The position numbers were made by a program, and so were the translations under genes. Under the pieces are notes generated by a model. That model did not search any database. It was not told the DNA's origin and worked only from the letters and a program-made list of their open reading frames with translations. Below are positions 13,163 through 25,100 of a stretch of DNA of 60,652 nt, one piece after another; the first letter of the stretch is position 1, and the number at the start of each line of letters is the position of its first letter. Origin of the DNA: Stylophora pistillata (lineage: Eukaryota); NCBI RefSeq assembly GCF_002571385.2, contig NW_019218058.1:331193-391844 (forward strand), written 5' to 3'.

Positions 13163-16100
13163 ATGAGCGACGACCAGGCAATTAACACTGCGGGTAAACT
13201 CAACGATGACCTGCTGTTTTACCACGAGTTTAAATTTGACGATAACAACAACAGCGACATAACACCATCACTAAGCGATTATGAGCTCCAGAAGATCAAA
13301 GAAGATCTGGGAATGCTAGATGAAAACAATGAGTTTGAAAAATCTGACCTACCGTTACCCTCCATATACATCGACGGGAGAAATACCCCAACGCCTTTTG
13401 ACTTCCCGCTGACGGAAGAAGAACGTGCGCTGCTGGAGCACTGTACGATCGGATCACCTCGGCGATTTTCCGATTCGCCGAGCGTTTGCTCGACATCTCT
13501 GGAGTTATTAGCGGATAGTTTGATAAAAGACTTCCAAGACATGGACTCTGATCACAATCAAGAACTGATTTTCACCCCAGACGAGGAACAAGGGCCGGGG
13601 GAAGATACCTACGCGCGTTCTTCTTCTTCCAAGGGGCTGAACCTAAAAGCTCCGTCTCCTGTACAAAATTTGCAGCGGACCGTCGAAAGATCAAATTCCG
13701 AAGCTCTGGAATCCGTTGAAGCTAGCGATGAAAATGTCAGCAAATCAGATAAAAGTCTGAATGTGAAAAATAATGAAAGTTCGCCCACTCGTCCGCTACA
13801 TGAGAACGCAGATGCTTCATTGAACTCTGCATCCTCGTCATCTCGCAACGGCCAAGAGTCGGAGCAAACATCACTGAGATCAGCCTCGTTAGATTCCGAC
13901 TCGCTCCCGGCCTCGATCGACTCCGTTCTTCCAGTGAATGATGTGCATACACAGCAACAGTACTTTGTTGTGGTGGCCATTGATTTTGGAACAACATTCA
14001 GTGGTTACGCGTTCGCTTTTACTCGAGATCCCGAGAGCGTGCATATGATGCGCAGATGGGAAGGGGGCGATCCAGGTGTCACTAACCAGAAAACACCTAC
14101 AACTTTGTTGCTGAAACCTGATGGAAACTTCCATTCGTTTGGATTTGGTGCGAGGGATTTTTATCATGACTTAGAACCAGACGATGCTAAAAAGTGGATG
14201 TACTTTGAGAAGTTTAAGATGTCTCTACACACAAACAAGGTACAATTGAGTTTTATCTTCCAGCTTCTCTAGATCTTGTCTTTGATTTTATATTATGGGA
14301 ATAGATTTTATTATTCCCTATAACTTTCAAAGAGACTGTACAATTTGTTTCGATTACCTTCAAGAAATTAGAAGTAATTCGTATCTTACCGAATTTTACA
14401 CTTTTGACTTTGTATTGTAAATGAGATTCTTAACCTTGTAAAACTAATTAAAACATTTTTGTGATCCTGAACTCCATTAAAATTCATTTGAAACTTTAAA
14501 ACTTTCTATTTTATCCGGTACGAATTGACTCTAAAATAAAATGATGCATTGTAAATAGTATTCCGAGAAACTGAGAATGCCGGTATAGAATACTTTCAGT
14601 AATTATTAGTTTTAGATCTTTAAAAAGAACTACATTACATTCGAGAGTTGTGTCGTTTCAAATGAAGGTTCCACTTTTATAAGCTTCATGGTGTGATTTG
14701 TAAAACTAGCAACCTTGTTATTTGAACTTGCGTGTAACCCGAACATGTTTTTAGAATATTTTCCAATGAACCAAAGCCGGTAAGAATTTGACTGAGTCTA
14801 TTTATGTAAAAATGTTTACATTTTGAGATAACACTGAATTATTAATGAGAAACGACTGACCAAGATACCGTATATTAATTAGACGACAACCTTAAAATTG
14901 CATGGAGTGAAAGTCGGAAATAGACAATCGCAACATGATTTCCACCTCGAGTCGCATCATTGAATAAAATCTCACATTCTGATTGGTTAACGAAGCGAGG
15001 TATTTAGTGTGAAATTGCGAGTTAAAAACGAGGCTAAGTGATATTGTTTCGCATCAACGAATACATAACAACTATAAGTAATGCTCTTTTCTTTTTTTCA
15101 TATTTAATTCAATTATGCGATTCAAGAAAAATCCATTACTTGAATCTTGAATTCCGCGTTAAGTTGCACTTGAAAACCAATATCGCACTCATAGCTTCGC
15201 GATTCGTGAGATATCGCTTTTCGCGTGCAATTTTATGCGGTATTCCCTCGTCAAGTAATGAATTTTCCTGTAGAATGTTTTTAATGTTAATTTATCCTTT
15301 ATAGGATCTTCACAAAAATGTTGAGATCAAAGCTGCTAACGGCAAGTCAGTCAGAGCTGTGACCGTGTTTGCACATGCGCTGAAATTTTTCAAAGATCAC
15401 GTGCTGGAAGAACTCTCTGACCAGTCAGCAACGAAGATTCTGGAAGAAGACATTCAGTGGGTTCTCACCGTACCTGCCATCTGGAAGGCACCCGCTAAAC
15501 AGTTCATGAGGACAGCGGCCTATGAGGTGAGTGGAATGTTTATGCTTCCAAATGATTGGCTTGCATTCGTCTGAGGCAGCCCTTTTGGCGAATCATTAAA
15601 CGCCTTGGATTTTTATCTTAGGTTTTTTTTTGTGGAGCCTGAATGAGTCAGTTCACGAGACAGAGGCAGGGTATAATGCTTTTTACTGAAGGTAATTTTT
15701 CACAAAAACAAAGGACATGCCAGAGAGATGCACGAGTTTCTTTCAGTTAGTTATTCTAATTCCAAACACAACTCTGTCTTGAAGAGTAAATCTAAGTATT
15801 ACTGACTCTCAGGACTTTCTCGAACACACTGCCAGGTTTCTTAATTGTTTAAATCCTCAACAGACCTCACAAATTGACCAATGGGCTCCTCGCCAAGAAA
15901 TAGTAAATCACATTTTCTGAGAAAAAGGAATAAAAGAGACGTCTTGGGTCTAAGGTGGCATGATGCACTCGTCTTGGCTCGAAACCACATGTCAGAACAA
16001 GATGTAAATTACTTTTAAAGAAACATTACTCTCAATTTGAAACTTCGGACGTGTTACGTCCCAGAACGTTTATTCCACTGCATTGGTAATAGAAATCACA

Positions 16101-19100
16101 GTCTTTTGCGGCTGTGGTCGTGCTGTTGCTGAAAAACATCTAAGAATTAATTAATTTTGTGTGCTTCTACATGATTGCACGTTTAAAAAAAATAACGTGT
16201 TGGATAAAATATGTAAATACTCGACAACTTTAGAGAGAAATAACGTCTCTATGCGTCTAAGACACCATTACTTATCAAAAATTTCTCATGTGAAGGGTTT
16301 ATCTGCGGTTGTGTACATGTTTGTTGTACATCCTTCATTTATGTTCGCAAGTTAGATCCTAGGTGATTATGCAAAATAAACCGTTCTTGTGTACTTCGGC
16401 GTTGTAGCCGTATTTCCCTGTATAAAAATAATCAACACAGTCTGTGCGAAAATTGCTGACACTCACGGAGAGTAAAATCGTAAAAAAGAACTCCAAGTTT
16501 GAAATAGACCTCATTGTTAAACCTCTAATATTCGTTAATTTCCGTGTTTCAAATCCCTCTTAATAAAAGTTCGAGATCGCTGAGTTGTAGAACAATACCA
16601 CTCTGAAAGGTCGCACCTCAAGTAATGTTTTTGAACATGCAGTAGCGTAGTTAAGTAGAAGTGTACCGTGTACAGCCACTTTAAAGATCATGATACATGG
16701 ATTGACATACACTCGAAGGTGATGACTCTAATTATGGTCGAATAATACAAAATTAAAATTGTACCAAAAAGTTAAATTGTTCCTGCGAATCCAGTGCAGT
16801 ATTCTTGGAATTTGTGGTGTAGATCTTCTTCATGCATATTCACTTCTACTGCTGAATAAACTTGTGATTGGTGTCGAGGTATCGTTATGGATGCGAGGAA
16901 AGTTGTTCTCTGTGAATAATTTCTTTAGAAGGTAGAGTTCGCTTACAACCACAGCGGCGATAGAGCCAAATACGAGACATTCAAAAACCACCATGTCTGG
17001 AAACAGCACTGTAGATTTGCATTTATTTGTGCGATAAATACCTCATTATACTAACTTTCCTTGTTATTAAATTCGTTACCTGCGGGTGCTGTAACTTGGA
17101 AAAAGGCCAAGAAAAATCAAGTGCGTTAGTACTGACTGACACCAATATTCTCCTTAAAATGCCGACTCTATTGTAACCAGACAGATGAGAAGGATAAACA
17201 GAATCATTAGCAACGGGATTATGTCTTGCGGTAAGCACCAAATTTTCAGAAAAAATGCGTCAAAGAGAATGAATAAGAAATTTATACACTAAGGATATCG
17301 GAATAGTTCGAGAAGAACAAAAAATAGTAATGGAATATGAAGAACTTTATTCATATTTTATCGAAGCAAAAACGTCAAGTGTGCGGGCTTACAACAAGCT
17401 TCAATGTAGATATTTGAAATTTGCTTTCATGATCTTTTTTCTTAATTCTGCACTGCAAAAAACTAAAGGCCTAGTTTCAGACTACAAGCCCAGGATTAAA
17501 TGTTTCACATAAACCACAGTTCAATGTACTGTAGAATACAACTCACTTTCCTTTGACTTGCAGCCCGGCTTATCCTTATTAAGTCAGTCCCATCATCCTT
17601 AAAGATTTGTAGGAACATCAAATTAAGAAACTCATTAAAAATAAAGTCAGAAGCTTTAGTTTGTAGTTATATTGATTTCACGAAGCAATGTAGTGTTATT
17701 TAAAGCTCTTGATTACCAGTGTTAAAATATCCTAGGCTACTAAAATGTGCCCAACGGAGTCATTCGTCCGCAAGACGTACTTATTCAGGCGAAAAAACGT
17801 TTTCCAAGCAATGTTGTCTTTTAAGAAATCCATGGATCCAAGGATGTCTCATTAATCATTTCGAGGCCATCAGTGCTAAAGCTTCCCCTCTGGAAATGAA
17901 AAAAGGTCCGTGCTTGAAGTACGGTAGTTCTTCGCCTTTGCAAATTTTCCTCAGTACAAATGCCTCTATTCCTACCACAGCAGCTACGGTAACAATGACA
18001 AAGACCTCCACAAATACCATGGCTTTCGCAGGGTTTATCTCCTTTTCGATTGGATCAGAAATCCGTCTGGGAAGTTCGAATTGATTTCCACTGCCCCTCG
18101 AAAGATGTTTTTGTGCTTTGAAGAACTTTGCGGTTGGACGTTTGCCACATTCTTTTCCACCTGTAAGCTCTTAATTATATGCAAAAAAGCGCATGTTTGG
18201 GAATGACAGATTGAGTGATAATGTTGGACTAAGGACTTTATTCAATTACTTGCATTTACATAACTTTTCATTTCACATCGGTGATGTGAGAGATTCTGAC
18301 CTGCTCCTGTTACAAGTGTACTTCTAGTGCATAGACATTTTGTGTTTCGTGGAAACCCGTTTCCTTCAACCAGTCATTTTATTTTCGGAAAACAGCGTTC
18401 AAAATGTATTTCGTATTATACATTAAAACACTTAAAAGCAAACCGCCAGTCATGTGTTTAGATTTTCATATCAGATATCATCGTCATACGCTTTGTAAGG
18501 ACTTGTATTTAGCCTGTTAGCTCAAATTACCCGGCGTTTATCCAGCGTATTTCTGCTCCTTTTTGAGTCATCTTTAGCTCATCTTGTGTTCAATCGAAAA
18601 TGGATAGCACTGATGCATAACATTACGTCAGTACGTGACAAACTTTCTGGAAAGTGTCAATGTTATTTTAACATCTTACAGTTCTTTCCAGCGCCATCCT
18701 TTTGGAGACAAATAGTTCTAAATAATTAATTTTGTTATGCAGTGATCTAAACAGATGCCTGATGAAAAATCTTATTGGTTAACATTGATCACGTGACTTT
18801 CGTTTCCTGACGTTCGCAAATTCCTTCGAATTTCAGCACTATTTTGCAGAGTTTTTAATAAGGTGAAACACCGCGAAATTTCTCAAAATGATTTAACATT
18901 TTTAAGCTGGAGATGATTGAAATTAAAGTCAATGAGTCAGTAACGAGTGCTTACTCATTTTTTTTTTGTGTAATAAATACGAGCCATTTTCATAATCCAT
19001 ACGAAATTGCAAAATAATATTTATACCGCAGTTAAATTAACAAAAAAAAAAAAAAAAAAAGAACCGATACATAATGTTTTAAGTTCAATTCTCGATGGTA

Positions 19101-22100
19101 ACTTTTGCGGTACAATCTGAGTTGCATTTGAAACAAGAGGAGAACGCTGAAATGATTTCTCCAAAACCTTTGGTTCGCTATGTTTGTGGCGAAATCCCTT
19201 GCTAATATGCTTTTGTAGATTGCGTCACTCTTTTCCCTTTAAAGCGAACTTTATTGCCTTCCCCAAAACGAACATATTTTAAAATTGGAGTTTACAATAT
19301 ATATATTTTTTAATATATGAGCATAAATAAACTCTCTATGATATTGTGAGGGGCATTTTTCAAATATTTTCTCATTGTGCGCCAAGGGTTGCCACAAAGT
19401 TCTGTTTTAAAACGTAATAAGTGACCATTTTTTCTCAGTCTAACATACCTTTATCCATTTAGAAACAAAAAAGGCACAGCAAATATTGTTACGGTACATC
19501 TAACCCCTTCAAAATAACAATTTCTGCGTCTCTGGAAACTGAACCATTGATTTTGTATTTCTTGAGCTTTACTCACAGTTGTAGATAAATGAGGTAATGT
19601 TTCGTATGGTGATGGTTAGCTTAAAAACTTTGTACCTTTGATACTTCAGAGATTAATATTCTTGCTTATTGATAGAAAAATTAAAAGATTAGTCTGGTAT
19701 TAATTATTTTATGAAACTGTCCAGTTTTTCCGAGGACGGAATTATCTTGTGGTCTTAAGAATGGTATGATGTAGCAATAACGCATTGTTTTGTTCTTATG
19801 AAGCAAGTTCCAAGCTAACTGAACTGAAACTGCACTTGAAGTCCAAATGTTCCCTGGTATTACAGCAAATACGAACCGTCACCAGCCAGGTTATACTTTG
19901 AGTTGACATGGACGCGATATTCTTTTCCTTCGCATAGTTTCCTGAGCATGTGCACATCTAGAAATACTAGTACTGTGAACGTTCCAAGCACTACAAGTTC
20001 TACCAACACCATGTTTATTCTCTAACTGTCTCAACGTCAAATCAGCTCTATCCAAACGAAATTTCCCTTTGAAAATGGCAGAGTATGTCCCGAGCTACAA
20101 TCAGACTCATTAGTTTCAAGTGTGCGTCGAGTAAAAGAGCACCTGCTGGATAGCTTCTGTAAACAAGTGTGAAACTAATCAACATGAATAGATTACCATT
20201 AGCAAATGACGCAGGTTGAAGATGTTTAACGTTTTGGCCGCAGGCCGATCAGGTGCATCAAGGAAATTTTTCTCTTGGTAAGCGAGAAAAAAATGCTGGA
20301 TCTATCTCGTCAAAATTTGCGAATTTCTAAATCACCTATCTCACTAAAATTTTCTTGACATAAACTTTCGTTCGACAGGTAGCTGTTCTTTACAAAGTTT
20401 CGTATGATTGTTGATTTCATCCACAAGTAGATAAACACAAAAAACTGGCAAACACAAAGATATTAAACAAATTCTTAGCTCTCGCAACACAAAAACAACA
20501 ACAACATCAGCTGAGCTGTAAATCTTACGACAACCGAAAAACACTGAACAGCATTCATTTTCTCAAAATTCTGCCAATTCACTAAGAACAGCCTTATTTG
20601 AGTCCAAAAACTATTGTATACACAATATTACACCAGAATCCAATTTTTCTTAAAATATAAAGATGTGAACACTTTCACCACATTGAAACCCAATGAAATT
20701 TAAGCGCATCCTTTAAGAATGTAGATAATCTGCGTCAAATAGCTGAATTCGTCTTTATAAACCATATATACAAAGGGATATGCTTTGTAAATGTCCCTCT
20801 ACATTCGCCATGGTCTTCTACGTTATGGCTTATCGTACATGGCTTTATCTCTTGCGTGCAAGTTTAAGTCTGAAAAATTGCCTTATCTCGCAGAGAAGTA
20901 AGGTATTGTCACAGGGAACACTTGTGCGTATGGTTCAGTATTATCCTGCTGATTTTGTTCCTCCCCAAAACATCTTTTCAGCAAGTAAATATCCAAAACG
21001 CTAAATCCAGCAACAATTACTCCTAGGAAAACTGCCGTCACCACAACCATACCGGGATGAGATCTTCCTTCCGTCAGGATTACATCAATTAAAATGTCAA
21101 AATGATTCTGCTGAGCTATTTAAGTCACTTTGCGAAGTCACTGGCACACATATAGCACAGCACGATGTTTCGCAATTTTGTATGATAACTTGTTCGTGTT
21201 AGTGATGTTGGCTGGCATCCAGGCTGACTTACTGCCACCTGCAAGTGGGAAAATTTATCGTTGAATTATTGACCAGGATTACAAAGACGCTAGGGAGGTG
21301 AAATTTTCAGCGCACTGTGATTTAGCTTTGAACTTATCGGGAGTTCATACTGCATATTAACCTGATTGTGTTACGTTGGGTTTAAAGCGTTCAAGTTGCA
21401 CACTAAAATATTCTTCAATTGCTTAGTTTACTGAAGGTTGGAACATACGCTCTTTTTCATACGTCAGATGCATGTGAATAATACCTATTCAGCAATCTGC
21501 CATGACTCAGATAGGGTGATTAGTTTGACGAAATAGAAGCAGAAATGCGATTTAGAACGGATGGACTTTTGGATTCGGTTATTGGACATTTGAATTCTGT
21601 CGTGACATGAGTCTCAGCTAAGGCCTCGGCCACTGATGAGTGTATTTCAATTACTTACCATCCATAAACATGGTACACTAATAACTGCTAACTGGGTATT
21701 TCTTTCTGGCTATCTTAAAACCAAATAGTTGCTTGAGAAAGAATATTCAGGCGAACTTGAAGCTAAAATATTTTAGCTCTCGAAATATTGGTTGAAAATT
21801 TATCCAGTGCTCTCCTCTTTACTGCTGGGCGGAAAGGAAAAGGAAATGACTCAGAAAATTACCCTGGTCTTTCTTCTCCTCCTCAGTTTGACTGTCGGCA
21901 CGATAAGAATTCCTTATTTTGTCATGTACGCATTCATTTGAGCTCTGTGTTTTTGCCGGAGACCACAGCACAAACTTCCAACACAGTAAAGGTGAAACAA
22001 TGTTACTCCGGCAACCAGTAATACAGTTAAAAAAATGGCAAGAGAAAGCATTGTAATTCAAAGCAATTCTCATACACCGTAGGTCTTTTCCCCATCAATA

Positions 22101-25100
22101 ACTGCTGAATACGTATTCTTTACTGAGTTTGAGAATTTCACCTCTCAGATTCGATTCTGCTCTCCTGCGGTCCTAGCGACAAAGCTTATTTTCCTCAACA
22201 GGCTTAGAAGAAAAATAGTTTTAGGTGCTCGAAGTTTTGCATCCTCATGGCATTGACTGCAATTTTTGCGATGATTAATCGAATCAGTCAGTTGTAAATT
22301 CCGCCGGAAACCAGCATACAATTACATCGCCTTGTTATATTTTTGTTCTGATACGTAATTTTTTGTTGTTTCATTCTAATGTAAACGGGGACACAACACT
22401 TATATGCTGACATATTAGAACTCGTTTATTATTTAGCAACAAAATTAAACGTAATTAGCATATGTAGACACATCGTCTTGAATAAAACACAAGGATTTTC
22501 TTTCCACGGTGGGGGTCACGTTGCTTACAGGCTCTTTGGCTAGTTCATTTCGCTTGAGAACTTGGGACACTACTAGCTAATTTTGCTCGTCACAAAAAAT
22601 AACTCAAGATTTCATTCCAAACTCTTTAAGATCCAATCCAATCTCCTATTACCAAAGTTAATCGTTTGTGTAGTGATAAACTAACGAAACTTTATCACTA
22701 TTTTCTATATTAGATATTAAGCATGATATCCCTCATATTGTAGGCCGGACTGACTACACAGGATACCCCTGACCGTCTGCTAATAGCATTAGAACCGGAA
22801 GCTGCTTCGATTTACTGCCGGAAGTTACGTTTGAGGGACTGTTCATGGGCGGAGGAGACAAAGAGGAGGTCAACTGTCTTATCATCAGTGGACGCGCTGG
22901 TCGGAGATGACTTTCAAGGTACTATTTTCGGGAAAATAGGGGAACCTAGAAAGCGCAGTGACTTCTGCTGTTGAAGCTGATGCCCTAAACTTGTGTCACA
23001 TGTGTGGGTTGAGGTCGTTGCTAATTCTCTTTCCTGATCCAAGAAGTTTTTCTTCAGGTTCCCCAGTTCTCCATCCTTTTCAGGAAACAATGACCTTAAT
23101 TTCAATGAACAGCAAAACAATAAAAACACTAATGTGGCCTTGAATTACTGTAAAATATTGTAGAAGTCCGAGCTTTCGCCGCTCAACGGCATTATCAGGG
23201 ACGGATAAGATAAAATATTCCACAAGGGCCGAATAAAAGGGAGAAAAGTGTCACTATACTAATGAGCGAGTGTCACTGTGAGAGGATACAGTGTGAAATG
23301 GGAGGCGTTAGAACAATAGGTCTGCGAATTCAATGCATTCTTCTCGTGAGTTAATTGTAGGTTTGTTTTTCCTTATGTAAAACGCTTCAAATAGGCGGAG
23401 GTTTACCGGGTCGTTTTCCAATGTAATTTTTACTTCAATGCCTTTGTAATCCTTGCCTTGGCATACAGCGACATGTTTGTTTACTGATGAATTTACGCTT
23501 CTGAGATGTTCTTTCACACGGTCGTGGATGGAACGAGTGGTGCTCCCGATGTAGTCTTGGTTACAGTTTTTGCATGTAATTTGGTAAACAGCGTTTCTCA
23601 ATAAACACAGGTTGGTATGTGCGATGGGGCAATTGTCTCTTGTGCATGTATGCTCTGTGATTTTGTGAGAGAGGGCTTTTCTGAGGGTGCATGACTTGTG
23701 TGCGATGCGCACAGGTATTCCCTCTTTACTGAAGATGTTAGTGATCTTGTGGTCTAGCCGTTCGGAGATGTAGGGGATCTTCAGGTATGACCATTTTTTC
23801 TTTTCTGTGTTGGGAGAGAGAGAGTCTTCGCCACGGTTCTGGGGTTGTTTTGTGTGGCGTATGTAGCTCTCCGAGTATCCCTTTAGGTGCAGGATTTCGT
23901 CAAACGCACCTTGATGTTTTGCGTTTGTAGTTTGTGTGGAGCATCGGTCATGAATACGTTTCCGTTCGTTGCGAATGAAGTTGGTCTTGGCTTTCTTGGG
24001 AATAGCCAATTAATGGTGTACGAACAATGGTTTTTTTAGCTTTTTTCTTGTAAAACTCAAAGGAGCTTTTGCCGTCTTTAGAGATGGTAACTTCGAAGTC
24101 TAGTAGCGACAGCTGCTGGCCGTTAGGTGTTATTTCCGGTTTCTCAGTTTCAAACTTCAATTTTGGATGCAGGTTCATTGTGCGGTGGAATTGGTCTCCC
24201 ATTTCTTCGTTAGTTGATTGTAGGTAGATGTCGTCGACATATCTCTTGTAAGGGGTTATGAAGAGGTGTGAGGAAAGCGCGATAGTTTCAAGTTTGTCCA
24301 TATAGAGAATGGCCAGAATTCCTGAAATGCTTGAACCCATGGGGAGACCTTCCTTTTGGCGGAAGACTTGGCCATTGAAAGAGAAGTACATGTTGTTTAA
24401 TGTAACTGTGAGAAGATCCATAATGTCTTGCTTGGAGAGGTGGAATATTGGGTTCTGAATTCGGTCAACAGCATTAGTGATGGCCTCCGGGGATTGAGAT
24501 GTATAGGGACACTACATCGAGGCTGCAGGGGTATGTTAACGTTTTTTTGGTGGCGATATTTCCGTATTGAATGTAGTTGTAATAAGCTCTAGGCTGTTTT
24601 CTAAATGTGCTGGGACATTCTTTAGCATAGGTTTAAGGGCGTTGGCGAGCAACCATGAGATGCGTTGCGTTGGTCTGTTGCTGTTGGATACCATGGGTCG
24701 TGTTTTGATGTCCGGGCCCGTTTTGTGGGTTTTGATGAGGTGGTAAAACCGGGGAAGCTTTTCTGGACAAAAGCTGGGAACTCATTTTGTAGGCAGATTT
24801 GACAAAGGCACTGAATTCTGTGTAATACCACAAGACACATTCACACAAGTCGCCCCTGATCACCTTAGCGACTCAAACACATACCAGCGAATTATTCGTA
24901 TGTCGGCCAAAACAGTCGAAAACAAGATCAACGCATTCTGGAAAAACATCTGCCTACAAAACGAGTTCCCAGCTTTTGTCCAGAAAAGCTTCATCTTGTC
25001 CTCGAACACCGATTTACCCCGGGTTTACCACCTCATCAAAACCCACAAAACGGGCATAAGTTAACTCACGAGAAGAATGCACTGAATTCGCGGACTTATT

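Noticed and set aside
17719-18084. 121-aa plus-strand ORF in HSPA12 intron 2
   Set aside because: GTG start and no recognisable features; best explained as the antisense shadow of microprotein 2.
21633-21660. CTGATGAG hammerhead-like core
   Set aside because: No stem II or GAAA follows.
15527-22743. Additional microprotein copies (minus-strand ATGG starts near 16267, 19428 and 19547)
   Set aside because: Those I translated stop within a few codons or lack the hydrophobic helix and LRK motif; a very diverged fifth copy cannot be excluded by eye.
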